Positions 47,679 to 58,135 are shown, counted from the first letter of the stretch. The stretch is 64,000 nucleotides of DNA from an uncultured Acidobacteriota bacterium (GCA_963804995.1 CAWDSK010000006.1:1984001-2048000), one strand, 5' to 3'. The notes: generated from the sequence alone by a model not told the origin. Translations and numbers: made by a program.

Positions 47679-49382
47679 ATGCCTACATGGAACAGCAAGA
47701 ACCTTTGGTTAGCCCTAACGGTGGGACTCCTGCTGATGACGGGCGCAGGTCGTTTTGCCCAGGCGGCACCCGCGACCGTCAGCTTTTCGCAGTCGGCGGA
47801 GACCCTGGAAGCTTACGACTTCGTGGAAGTCACCCTTAACGTGTCTTCCCCGGACGCCAAGAATCCCTTTACGGACGTCGTTGTGGAAGGGCAATTCGGG
47901 AAAACCGGCGGCGGCCAGCAACTCAACGTGACAGGCTTCTGTGACGCGGCGGATGGGAGCGTCTATCGCATCCGCTTCATGCCGGCTACGCCTGGCGAGT
48001 ACCGCTACTCGCTCGTCTTTCGGCAGGGCAGTTTCGAAAAGACACATTCCGGTACGTTCCGTGCGACGGACGGTCACCGGCGCGGTCCCATTCGCGTGGA
48101 CCCCCAATACCCCTGGCATTTCATCTGGGAAGGCACCGGGGAGCACTATTTTTTCAACGGCACCACGGCGTTCTGGCTGGTGGGGTGGCGTGAGGATCGG
48201 ATCATCGATTACAGCATCGAGCGTTTGCACAAATTGAAGATCAACCGGATGCGCGTGTTGCTCTCGGGAGCCGCGGACATCTTCTGGGGTGATGCGGTAA
48301 TGGCCGGCGGGAATTTCAGCCTGATTGTGCGCCCCTGGGTCGCGCAGGCGCCAGAAAGTGTCAACCACCCGGGGAACGACTTTACGCGTTTCAACGTTCC
48401 CTACTGGCAAAAATGGGAACGCATGTTGCGCTTCGCCCGGGACCGCGACATGATCATCTCAGCCATCCTGGATATCTCCACGCACAAAACCCAGCCGGTA
48501 GCGGGCAGCGAGGACGAACATCGATACATTCGCTACATGATCGCACGGTTAGGCGCCTTTTCGAATTACACCTACGACCTGGGTGACGATCTTGACAGTT
48601 TCCGCGACGAGAAGTGGGCCCACGAAACCGGCACCTTGATCGAGGGCTGGGATCCCTACCATCACCTTGCCACCAGCCACCCGACGAATCGCGCGCACCA
48701 GGATCGCGCTTCGGATTGGTTTGGCTTCACTTCCATCCAGAATTGGTCGCGAGAACAGCATACGCTGATGCTCGAGGAGCGGGAGATCCAGAAAAAGACC
48801 GGCCGGATTATTCCGCAAGCGAACGAGGAGTACGGTTACGAGGACCACTATCCGCACTGGGCGCCGACCCCGCCTGCGGATTCTGCCGAAACCTTGCGCC
48901 TGATGGCGTGGCAGATCGCCATGGCCGGAGCTTACGGAACGGCGGGAGAAACCGCGCGCCGCGGCACCAACATCTGGCCGGATACGGGCGGCGGTTGGAT
49001 TAACGGGCGCGGCGACAACACCATGGTCATGCTCAAAGGGTACGAGCACATGGTGGATTTCTTCACCAGCTTCGAGTGGTGGAAGACGGAGCCGCACGAC
49101 GAACTGGTGAACCAGGGCGCTTATTGCCTCGCCAAACCCGGGGAGATCTATGCGGTGTATGTCCCCATCCGTCCACTGTGCGGGAACCAGGAAAATTACC
49201 GGTTCCAAAACGAATGCGCCGAAATCTCAATCAAGCTGGAGCCGGGAACTTATGATGCGAAGTGGTTCAGCGCCTTCACGGGGGAAACGGTCCCACTGCC
49301 GGCTGTCCAGGGAGGGGCATGGACAATTCCCAATCCTCCCGGCTGGCTGGATTGGGCGCTATTGCTGACGAAGGCTCATTGA
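47679..49382 (+). CDS. Exported DUF5060/DUF4038 glycoside-hydrolase-like protein
   Basis: Signal peptide; 'NPFTDV', 'GFCD..DG..YRIRFMP..PG.Y.Y', 'GTTAFWL', 'EEYGYE'. Confidence 0.75.
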   Translation: MPTWNSKNLWLALTVGLLLMTGAGRFAQAAPATVSFSQSAETLEAYDFVEVTLNVSSPDAKNPFTDVVVEGQFGKTGGGQQLNVTGFCDAADGSVYRIRFMPATPGEYRYSLVFRQGSFEKTHSGTFRATDGHRRGPIRVDPQYPWHFIWEGTGEHYFFNGTTAFWLVGWREDRIIDYSIERLHKLKINRMRVLLSGAADIFWGDAVMAGGNFSLIVRPWVAQAPESVNHPGNDFTRFNVPYWQKWERMLRFARDRDMIISAILDISTHKTQPVAGSEDEHRYIRYMIARLGAFSNYTYDLGDDLDSFRDEKWAHETGTLIEGWDPYHHLATSHPTNRAHQDRASDWFGFTSIQNWSREQHTLMLEEREIQKKTGRIIPQANEEYGYEDHYPHWAPTPPADSAETLRLMAWQIAMAGAYGTAGETARRGTNIWPDTGGGWINGRGDNTMVMLKGYEHMVDFFTSFEWWKTEPHDELVNQGAYCLAKPGEIYAVYVPIRPLCGNQENYRFQNECAEISIKLEPGTYDAKWFSAFTGETVPLPAVQGGAWTIPNPPGWLDWALLLTKAH

Positions 49383-49446
49383 TTGATGTGAGGGCTCTGC
49401 GCTGGGTGGGGCAACAGTCGGAATTCCAAGCGGGGATGGGAATAGC

Positions 49447-50866
49447 ATGAGGCGGAGAATCCAAGTTGTATGGTTCGGCCTATTTCTGGTTCTGGTCTTA
49501 GGGCGAAGCCTGAGGGCGCAAGCGGATGCTCCGCCCGCGCACCCCTTGACCCTCAGTGAGGCCATTGACTATTCCCTGGCGCACTACCCCGCCGTCCGCG
49601 CGGCGCTGGAGCAACTGGACAGTGCGCGGAATGGCGTAGCGTTGGCGCGGAACGTCATACCTCCCCCAATTGAATCCGATCTACCAAATTAATCGCGCCA
49701 CGCAGAATCAGGTTGCCGGCATTTTCCTCCCGGCGTCGATTACCCCTTCAGTCGAGGGTCCGGTTCAGCCGTACTCGGGGACAAGTTTCTGGAACACGCA
49801 GGGTGGCGCGCTGCTTTCCTGGGAGCCTGTGGACTTTGGATTGAGGCGGGCCGCCGTGGATCAAGCCCGTTCCCTGGAGCATAAGTCGAACGCCGAAGTG
49901 GAACTGACGCGCTTGCAGGTTGCTTCCGCCACGGGCGGCTATTTCCTGAATTCTGTTTTGGCGCAACAGGCGGTAGCAGCGGCACAGGCGAACGTCCACC
50001 GCTGGGAGGTCTTCGACCAGGCGGTGCATGTGCTGGTCCAGCAGGAACTCCGTCCGGGTGTGGACGCCTCGCGCGCCGACGCGGAATTGGCCATGGCCCG
50101 CACGCAGCTTATCCAGACGCAGGCCGCCGGCCAACAGGCGAAGGTGACGCTTGCTTCACTGCTGGGAGCGGCGGGAGTTGCCCTCGAAGTCGAACCTTCC
50201 CCGCTCCTCGCCTCTCCTACCGCTGCATCGTTGCCGGCTACCCCAGCCTCGGCGCATCCGCTGGCCCTTGACCAACAGGCGAGCGTCGATGAGTTGCGGG
50301 CGCAGGAGCGCGTGCTGAATCGGACCGACTACCCGCGTCTCATTCTGCAATCGGAAGCCTTTGCCCGAGGCAGCGGCGCGAATCCCGACAACTCCGCGGC
50401 GGGAGGCTTGAAGGGTCTGGGCTTTGGCCGCGCCAACTGGGTCGCCGGTATTTCCGTGGTGTTCCCGAACTTGTTCGATTTCTCGGCGCTGCGGGACCAG
50501 AAGCGCATGGCGCAGGCGCGGGAGCGCAGCCAAGCGGCGAAATATCAGCAGACTCTGCAGGACCTGACCGGCCAGATTGCCTCGGCGCAGGCGGGGCTCG
50601 ATGCCGCCACCCAGGTTGCGCAGAATACTCCCATTGAGCTTGCGGCAGCGCGCCAGACGGAGACCCAGGCACGGGTCCGCTACCAGTCAGGCCTCACCAA
50701 TCTGGTGGAGGTTGCCGAGGCCGAGGGCTTGTTGGCCCAGGCCGAAAGGGACGACGCCGTGGCTCACATCAACGTCTGGCGCGCGATGTTCGGCGTCGCC
50801 GTGGCCCAGGGCAATCTGGAACCGTTCCTGGGGATTCTTCGTTCGGACTCTGGGAGGAAACCCTAG
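49447..50866 (+). CDS. TolC family outer membrane efflux protein (apparent +1 frameshift at about 49651)
   Basis: The signal peptide and 'LTLSEAIDYSLAHYP' join to 'ARTSYLPQL' if one A is removed; OEP repeat 'RYQSGLTNLVEV'. Confidence 0.82.
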
Positions 50867-50990
50867 CAGGCTGATGAAAAACGACGTAGCGGCGGGTTTA
50901 CCCCGCCATCCGCGGTTGAAATCGTTGGCGATATGGCGGGGTAAACCCGCCGCTACGTCGCACGGGGAGGGTTTTTCAACAGCCTGCTAG
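50863..50990. mobile_element. MITE with CTAG-bounded terminal inverted repeats carrying a REP doublet, copy 1
   Basis: CTAGCAGGCTGATGAAAA ... TTTTCAACAGCCTGCTAG enclosing GTAGCGGCGGGTTTACCCCGCCA / TGGCGGGGTAAACCCGCCGCTAC. Second copy at 62123-62249. Confidence 0.85.
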
Positions 50991-51069
50991 AAGGGAGAAG
51001 CTGGCGACGCTCGGCAGTCAGAGGAAGGTCTTGTCTGATTACTGATAGCTGATCGCTGAAAGCTGAATT

Positions 51070-54000
51070 ATGTGGCTCATCCGCACCGCCCTGCGGCGGC
51101 CCATCACGGTGATTGTCGTTGTCCTCGCCGTAGCGCTCTGCTCGATTCTGGCGGTCCTCCGGATGCGCACCGACATCTTCCCGGATTTGAATCTTCCCGT
51201 CATCTACGTGGCCCAACCCTATGGCGGAATGAGCCCTGCCCAGATGGAAGGTTACCTTGTCTATTATTACGAATATCATTTCCTTTACATCAATGGGATT
51301 GAGAGTGTAGAGGACAAGTCGATTCAGGGCAACGGCTTGCTGAAGCTCACCTTCCACCCTGGCACGGACATGAGCCAAGCCCTTGCCCAGACCATCGCCT
51401 ACGTGAACCGCGCCCACGCCTTCATGCCGTTTGGCGCCGTCAATCCCTTCGTGATTCGATTTGACGCGGGCACAGTGCCGGTGGGCTATCTCGTGTTCTC
51501 GAGCCAAACCCGCACCATAGGGGAAATCCAGGACCTGGCGCTCAATCGCATCCGCCCGCTATTCGCCACGCTTCCCGGCGTGTCAGCGCCACCACCCTTC
51601 GGCGGCAATCAGCGAACCATCGTCGTCACGGTCAATCCGGATCGACTCCGGTCGTACAATTTATCGCCCGATGCAGTGGTCAAGGCCATCAGTTCCGGCA
51701 ACATCCTCATGCCCGCCGGCAACGTGCGCACTGACAGCCTGCTGCGCATCGTCTCAAGTGATTCCGTTACCCCGGACATTCACTCCCTGCTCGATGTGCC
51801 CATCCGCACCGGCGCGGGGCCAGCGGTCTATCTGCGCGATATCGGCGCGGTGGCGGACAGCACCGACATTCCCACCGGTTACGCACTCGTGAACGGTCGC
51901 CGGGCGGTGTACATCCCGGTGACCAAGCGCCCGGACGCTTCTACGCTCACCGTCGTCGAGGAAGTCAAACAGAATCTGGCGCGTTTCCGCACCCTGGTTC
52001 CTTCGGACATCGACATCAGCTATCAATTCGACCAATCCGGATACGTCAAGAGTGCTCTCCTCTCCGTGGTGCGAGAAGGATTGCTGGGCGCCTTGCTCAC
52101 CGGTCTCGTAGTTCTGCTATTTCTGGGGGATTGGCGAAGCTCCTTCATCGTCTTGACCACGATTCCCTTCGCCCTGTTGGCCTCGGTGGTCGGCCTGTGG
52201 GTCAGTGGCCAGACGATCAACATCATGACGCTCGGAGGCTTGGCGCTCGCGGTGGGCATTCTGGTGGACGAGGGCGTGGTGGAAATTGAGAATATCGACA
52301 GCACACTCGCGCAAGAGCCAGGTCTTCCGCCCGCCCGTGCTGTGCTGCAAGCTACGCAGAGGACCGTCGTGCCTCGCTTCCTGTCGATGCTGGCCATCGT
52401 GGCCGTCTTCGTTCCGTCGTTTTTCATGACGGGCGTGGCAAAGAACCTGTTCGTGCCGCTCTCGCTAGCCGTGGCCTTTGCGATGGTGGCTTCGTTCCTG
52501 CTATCGAGCTCCCTGCTGCCGGTCTTGTTTCTCTGGATGCACCGCAAGCGCAACGTCGGGTCTGGAGCATCTTCATCCGGCTGGCTGAATTTCGACAAAG
52601 TGCGCGACCGCTGGGGCGCCGCGCTCGATCGCCTCGCCCCGTTCCGCTGGCTCGTGGTCGGGATTTACGTGGGCGTGGCGATAGTCATTCTGGGCTGGCT
52701 CGGACCGCGCGTGGGCAGGGATCTGTTTCCCAACGTGACGGGCCATCAATTCCGGCTACGTTTTGACGCTCCTACCGGAACCCGCGCCGAGGACACTGCG
52801 CGTTTGGTAACCAACGTTCTCGAGGAGATTCAGACCGCCGCCGGACCCGGAAACGTCGGCATCAGTCTGGGTTATGTCGGCACGCAAGGCGCGAGTTATC
52901 CCATCAACACCGTGTTCCTCTGGACTAGCGGACCGCACGAGGCGGTGATGAACGTGGCCCTCGCGCCCCAGGCGGGCATTGATGTGGCGGCCTTCGAAGA
53001 AAAACTTCGCGCCATCCTGCCGCCCAAATTTCCGGGCTGCACGTTCTCGTTCGAGCCGGGCGACATCGTGAGCCAGATTATGAATTTTGGCGCGCCCACT
53101 CCGGTTGAGTTGGCGGTTATGGGGCCGGACTTCGCCGCGGCCCGCGCCTACGCCGGAAAGGTGCGCGACGAGTTAAGCAATGTGCCGGCCCTTCGCGACC
53201 TCAAGTTTGAGCAGCCGCTCGATTATCCCAGTGTCGACGTGAAGGTGAACCGCGAACTGGCGGGCCAACTCGGCGTGACGGCGGAGCAGGTGGGCCGTTC
53301 GCTTTCAGAAGCCACGGCCTCCAGCCGCTTCACCACCCCCATCTACTGGGCGGATCCGAAGACCGGCGTCGGATTCCAGGTCCAGGTTCAATATCCCCAA
53401 CCGAGAATGACCTCCGTGCAGGACATCCAGAATATCCCCGTGATGCCGGGTGACGCGCCGCACCCGCTGATCGGGGACGTGGCCCGGGTGGCGGAGGGCA
53501 CCATCGTCGGGGAATACGATCGCATCAACGGCCTGTGGCTGCTGTCCCTCTCCGCAAATATCGCGAACCAGGACCTGGGCAGCGTTGCCAGCAGCATCAA
53601 CGCGGCCGTCGCGAAAGCCGGAGCACCGCCACGGGGCGCCACGGTGCAAGTGCGCGGGCAAATCGCTCCCATGCGCACAACTTTCTCGAACCTGGGAATT
53701 GGCCTGCTGCTGGCGATCGCCGTGATCTTCCTGCTGCTCGCCGCCAACTTCGAATCGATGCGTCTTTCCTTTGTCATCTTCACCACGGCGCCCGCGGCCA
53801 TCTGCGGAGTCCTCCTGATGCTCCTCGCCACGCACACGACTTTGAATATTCAATCCTATATGGGAGCGATCATGGCCATCGGCGTAGGGACGGCCAACGC
53901 CATTCTGCTCGTGACCTTTGCGGATGAGCGCCGCCGCGCGGGTGGCAGTGCGCTCGCCGCAGGCCTTGAGGGAGCGCGAGCCCGCATGCGTCCGATTGTG

Positions 54001-54204
54001 ATGACCAGCGCCGCCATGATCGCGGGCATGATTCCCATGGCCTTGGGCCTCGGCGAAGGAGCAGAGGCGGCGGCGCCACTCGGCAGGGCCGTTATCGGAG
54101 GACTCCTGGCGGCCACGCTGGTCAACCTGACGGCGCTGCCCTTCGTATTCTCTCTGGTTCAGGCGCGCGCCAGCACTGCGTCTGCTTCGCTCGAACCCGG
54201 ATGA
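51070..54204 (+). CDS. RND efflux permease
   Basis: 1044 aa; motifs 'DIFPDLNLP', 'GGLALAVGILVDE..V.IENI', 'ANAILLV', 'RMRPIVMT'. Confidence 0.95.
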   Translation: MWLIRTALRRPITVIVVVLAVALCSILAVLRMRTDIFPDLNLPVIYVAQPYGGMSPAQMEGYLVYYYEYHFLYINGIESVEDKSIQGNGLLKLTFHPGTDMSQALAQTIAYVNRAHAFMPFGAVNPFVIRFDAGTVPVGYLVFSSQTRTIGEIQDLALNRIRPLFATLPGVSAPPPFGGNQRTIVVTVNPDRLRSYNLSPDAVVKAISSGNILMPAGNVRTDSLLRIVSSDSVTPDIHSLLDVPIRTGAGPAVYLRDIGAVADSTDIPTGYALVNGRRAVYIPVTKRPDASTLTVVEEVKQNLARFRTLVPSDIDISYQFDQSGYVKSALLSVVREGLLGALLTGLVVLLFLGDWRSSFIVLTTIPFALLASVVGLWVSGQTINIMTLGGLALAVGILVDEGVVEIENIDSTLAQEPGLPPARAVLQATQRTVVPRFLSMLAIVAVFVPSFFMTGVAKNLFVPLSLAVAFAMVASFLLSSSLLPVLFLWMHRKRNVGSGASSSGWLNFDKVRDRWGAALDRLAPFRWLVVGIYVGVAIVILGWLGPRVGRDLFPNVTGHQFRLRFDAPTGTRAEDTARLVTNVLEEIQTAAGPGNVGISLGYVGTQGASYPINTVFLWTSGPHEAVMNVALAPQAGIDVAAFEEKLRAILPPKFPGCTFSFEPGDIVSQIMNFGAPTPVELAVMGPDFAAARAYAGKVRDELSNVPALRDLKFEQPLDYPSVDVKVNRELAGQLGVTAEQVGRSLSEATASSRFTTPIYWADPKTGVGFQVQVQYPQPRMTSVQDIQNIPVMPGDAPHPLIGDVARVAEGTIVGEYDRINGLWLLSLSANIANQDLGSVASSINAAVAKAGAPPRGATVQVRGQIAPMRTTFSNLGIGLLLAIAVIFLLLAANFESMRLSFVIFTTAPAAICGVLLMLLATHTTLNIQSYMGAIMAIGVGTANAILLVTFADERRRAGGSALAAGLEGARARMRPIVMTSAAMIAGMIPMALGLGEGAEAAAPLGRAVIGGLLAATLVNLTALPFVFSLVQARASTASASLEPG

Positions 54205-54262
54205 TCCGGAGAGCCGGTACGCACGGTAGCGGGGGAGAGGACCCTGCCAGGCAACAGGGCCG

Positions 54263-54305
54263 CAAAAGAAAGGCAAAAGGCAAAATGCAAAAGGCAAAAG
54301 TGAAA
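54263..54305. repeat. Heptamer repeat (GCAAAA(G/T))
   Basis: ggcaaaa ggcaaaa tgcaaaa ggcaaaa gtgaaaa. Confidence 0.75.
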
Positions 54306-54421
54306 AAACCATGCTTTGAGAATCCTCGCTGGTGAAACTAGAGATTACTGGTAGGCAATTCAGAGGATGAAAGCGTGGCCCGGCAACATCGCGGGCTAAG
54401 AATCCGCACGAGGAAACATCT

Positions 54422-55597
54422 ATGAAGGTCAAACGAACCGCCGCACTCCTCACACTCTCGGCCGCAACTCTATTGTTTGTCTCCTGCAGTCAGGACCGCA
54501 GTGGCGCAACGCCGGTGGCCGGCCTGGGGGCTGCGGCTCCGGCCACTGCCGAGGTGGAAGTGACCCGCGTGGTCTCGCAAAAACTGAACACCACAGTCAA
54601 ACTTCCTGCCCAGCTTACGGCCTATGAAATCGTGGACGTTTATCCCAAGGTGACAGGGTTCGTGAAGTGGATCAAAGTAGACCGCGGTTCGAGAGTGAAG
54701 ACCGGGCAACAGATCGCGCTGCTCGAGGCGCCGGAAGTTCTGGCACAACGCGCGGAAGCGGAATCCAAATTCCAAAGCGCCGAATCGCAGCTCACCGCGG
54801 CACAAGCCAAACTCGCGTCAGACCAAGCCACCTACCAGCGGATGAGCGCGGCTGCGAAGACCCCGGGCGTGGTGGCGCTGAACGATCTGGAGATTGCACA
54901 GAAGACGGCGCAAGCGGATGAGGCGAACGTCGCGGCCTTCGACAAGAGCGCCAAGGCAGCGCAGGAGGCGCTCCGCGCGGTTTCACAGCTTGAAGCTTAT
55001 CTCAGCATCACCGCGCCCTTTGATGGTCAGGTCACAAATCGCTATGTGCATCCGGGAGCCCTGGTCGGTCCCGGGGGCGGGCCCGGCGCGATGACCCCGA
55101 TCGTGCAGATTCAAACGCTCACTCGGCACCGCCTGGTAGTGCCTGTGCCGGAGTACGACGCGGCCGGAATCCCCGCAGGGACGGAAGTGAGTTTCAGCGT
55201 GCCCTCTTTTCCCGGTAGAGTCTTCACCGCCCCTATCGCCAGGGTTTCAGGCGCGGTGGACGTCAAGACCCGCACCATGCCGGTTGAATTGGATGTCAGG
55301 GATCCAAAGGCTGAACTCGACCCCGGCGCGTTCTGCGAAGTCGTGTGGCCGGTGCGTCGCGCTTACCCCACGCTGTTTGTTCCCACCACGTCCGTGGGAA
55401 GTGACCTGGAGCGAACCTTTGTGATTCGGGTGCGGGGGAATCACGCGGAATGGGTGGATGTGAAGACAGGCGTCACCTCCGCGAACCTTACCGAGGTCTT
55501 CGGCGACTTGCACGAGGGAGACGAGGTGGCAATTCGCGGCACCGACCAAATTCGCTCGGGTACTGCGGTTTCACCCAAGCTTGTCAGCTCGAAATAA
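54422..55597 (+). CDS. RND periplasmic adaptor (membrane fusion protein), lipoprotein
   Basis: Lipobox 'FVSC'; motifs 'KVTGFV....VDRGSRVK.GQ', 'ITAPFDG', 'VDVKTRTM.VE'. Confidence 0.93.
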   Translation: MKVKRTAALLTLSAATLLFVSCSQDRSGATPVAGLGAAAPATAEVEVTRVVSQKLNTTVKLPAQLTAYEIVDVYPKVTGFVKWIKVDRGSRVKTGQQIALLEAPEVLAQRAEAESKFQSAESQLTAAQAKLASDQATYQRMSAAAKTPGVVALNDLEIAQKTAQADEANVAAFDKSAKAAQEALRAVSQLEAYLSITAPFDGQVTNRYVHPGALVGPGGGPGAMTPIVQIQTLTRHRLVVPVPEYDAAGIPAGTEVSFSVPSFPGRVFTAPIARVSGAVDVKTRTMPVELDVRDPKAELDPGAFCEVVWPVRRAYPTLFVPTTSVGSDLERTFVIRVRGNHAEWVDVKTGVTSANLTEVFGDLHEGDEVAIRGTDQIRSGTAVSPKLVSSK

Positions 55598-55673
55598 TGG
55601 TCGGGTAGCGCTGGGCTTATGGTTTTTGAATTTATGAGTTGCAAATTGTTCCGACGCCCCGCGCGTGGAAGTA

Positions 55674-55815
55674 ACCCCTCATCCGGCCTCCTACGTCAGC
55701 CACCTTCTCCCCTGGGAGAAGGCTGGGATTCACGATACCTGGCCCTCTCCGAGGGGAGAGGGTGGACCGCAACCGGCGTTTTCATCAGCCGGGGCGGGAC
55801 GGGTGAGGGGTCACT
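55674..55815. repeat. CCCTCTCC...GGGAGAGGG repeat family, copy B
   Basis: Near-identical to 24876-25012 in CCCTCTCCGAGGGGAGAGGGTGGACCGC..CCGGCGTTTTCATCAGCCGGGGCGGGACGGGTGAGGGGTCACTT. Confidence 0.85.
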
Positions 55816-55904
55816 TGGGCGTTTGAGAATTCCAGCAATTCAAAACCCATTAGCCCGGCATGTAGCGCCCAAAATGAGGGCGCTAAAAGTAAAAGAGACA
55901 CCCC

Positions 55905-57422
55905 ATGGAAAACCATAATGAGTCACGACGGAGATTTCTAAAGGCTACGGGCTTCGCCGCCGGAGCATCCTTGCTCCGCGTGACCCGCACCGCGGCTGCC
56001 CCGGGGATAATCGCGCCAACTGGCACATCCCCCGCGCCGCCCGATCAGTCCGGCCCTGCGGACTACACCCTGCACATCAAAACGTCACCCGTGGAAATTT
56101 CGCATAAGCGGATCATCTCCACCGCAACCTACAACGGGCAATTCCCCGGACCCCTGCTTCGCTTCAAGGAAGGGCAGCAGGTCACGATCGACGCGTACAA
56201 TGACACGGACACGCCGGAACAACTGCACTGGCACGGGCAGAAGGTATCGACTGACGTGGACGGGGCGGCGGAGGAAGGCACGCCGTTCATTCCGGCGCGT
56301 GGCCAGCGGCGGCTCGTGTTCACGCCCAACCCGGCGGGCCTGCGTTTTTACCACACCCACAACCGCGCGGGCGCTGACCTGGCCGCAGGACAATACAGCG
56401 GCCAAGTCGGGCCGGTCTATATCGAGCCCAAGAATGACCCAGGCAGATACGACCGCGAAGTCTTTCTGGTTCTGAAAGAGTTCGACCCTTCCTTCAGCCG
56501 CGGCGGCGATATGGCGATGGACTTTCTTTATCCCTCGGCGCGGGTTAAGGCGCTCGAAGACGCGGGTGAATCCGCGATGAAGGCTTCGCTCGCGAAGGGT
56601 ATGCCGCACGGGTATGAGGTCGGCTACGACTCGTTCACGATCAACGGGCGCATGCTGGGGCATGGTGAGCCCATTCGCGTGAAGCAGGGGCAACGAGTCC
56701 TGTTCCATATTTTAAATGGAAGCGCCACGGAGATTCGCAGCCTGGCCTTGCCGGGGCACACCTTCCAGGTGGTGGCGCTGGACGGCAATCCGGTCCCGAA
56801 TCCCGCTGCGGTTCCTGTACTCTGGCTGGGCACGGCGGAGCGCATCTCCGCCGTCGTGCAAATGAATCACCCCGGGGTGTGGATCATGGGTGATCTCGCG
56901 GACGACGATCGCCATCATGGAATGGGCGTCATCGTTGAGTATGCCGGAAGCACCGGTAAGCCGGCATGGATCGCTCCGCCGCCCTTCAAGTGGAATTACA
57001 CGCACTTCGCGAAACCCGGAGCCACGGCGCCCCCGCCCGACGAGACGTTCGAGATGTTGATTGCGAAAGACAATGCCGCGGAGGAAGGCTTTAATCGCTG
57101 GACCCTAAACGGGGTGGCTTACCCGATGATGGGCGGGATGGCCCCCGCGTCATATCACCTGAAGCAGGGCAAGCGCTACCGCCTCCGATTCCGCAACGCG
57201 AGCGATGATATCCATCCCATTCACCTGCACCGCCACAGCTTTGAGTTGACGAACTGGGCCGGGAAGCCCACGGCAGGAATATTAAAAGATGTCGTGATGT
57301 TAGGCGGCTACCAGCAGGTCGAACTGGATTTTGTCGCGGACAATCCCGGCCTGACGCTCTTCCACTGCCACCAGCAATTGCACATGGACTTCGGTTTTAT
57401 GACGCTGTTCGACTATGTGTAG
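55905..57422 (+). CDS. Tat-exported multicopper oxidase
   Basis: Tat motif 'SRRRFLK'; Cu ligands 'HWHG', 'YHTH', 'HPIHLH', 'HCHQQLHMDFGFM'. Confidence 0.94.
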   Translation: MENHNESRRRFLKATGFAAGASLLRVTRTAAAPGIIAPTGTSPAPPDQSGPADYTLHIKTSPVEISHKRIISTATYNGQFPGPLLRFKEGQQVTIDAYNDTDTPEQLHWHGQKVSTDVDGAAEEGTPFIPARGQRRLVFTPNPAGLRFYHTHNRAGADLAAGQYSGQVGPVYIEPKNDPGRYDREVFLVLKEFDPSFSRGGDMAMDFLYPSARVKALEDAGESAMKASLAKGMPHGYEVGYDSFTINGRMLGHGEPIRVKQGQRVLFHILNGSATEIRSLALPGHTFQVVALDGNPVPNPAAVPVLWLGTAERISAVVQMNHPGVWIMGDLADDDRHHGMGVIVEYAGSTGKPAWIAPPPFKWNYTHFAKPGATAPPPDETFEMLIAKDNAAEEGFNRWTLNGVAYPMMGGMAPASYHLKQGKRYRLRFRNASDDIHPIHLHRHSFELTNWAGKPTAGILKDVVMLGGYQQVELDFVADNPGLTLFHCHQQLHMDFGFMTLFDYV

Positions 57423-57559
57423 CGGCTGAACCCACACCTTTTCCCACCTCGCATTGCCTTACGCAGCGGCTTGTTGCTCGCGGCTTTATGTTGTAGTGTC
57501 AATTCCTGGTCAAGCTTGTCCATGTTACGCTTATATGGGCGGGTAGCGATCTGCGGCTC

Positions 57560-58135
57560 CGGTCGCCGCGGCGACAAGGGCTGAGCCCTTCCCTGGAGTT
57601 TCTACATTTGAAATGAGAGGTCTAATCCCCCTCCGAAAGGGCGGACCGCTTCTTGGATTTACCGCCCTCGCCCCCTTGGGGGAGAGGGTGGACCACCGCC
57701 GGCGCACTTATCAGCCGGGGCGGGACGGGTGAGGGGGTCTAAGCCGTGAATACTGGAGATAGGATGAAATCCGCACCTCCCCGCCGCAAGATTCGGTCGT
57801 TGGCGCGCCGCGTAGCGCAACCCGATCGAGCGCGCGTCGCCCCCACCGAAACCGAGCCAGCGGCAGGGGGCTGGCTGCATCGTTCTGGAAGCGCCGGAGA
57901 GGTGGGTGGAGAAAGTGCTGCGCGGGGTAGGGTCCGTGCCGGAGGTCTTGGCAGGAGGGGGTGCCGGAGAGCGCCTCGAGCCTCAACCCCCTCACCCGGC
58001 CCGCCCCGGCTGGTGAAAGCGCCGGTTGCGGTCCACCCTCTCCCCCAAGGGGGCGAGGGCAGAGATTCTTGATTGGGCACTTTGAAAATGTACAAACTCC
58101 AGGGAAGGGCTGAGCCCTTGTCGCCGCGGCGACCG
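57560..58135. mobile_element. Nested inverted-repeat element (50-bp outer inverted repeats enclosing inverted REP-like arms)
   Basis: 57560-57609 is the reverse complement of 58086-58135 with 2 mismatches. Inner arms 57665-57737 and 57987-58060 are also mutually inverted. Confidence 0.75.
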
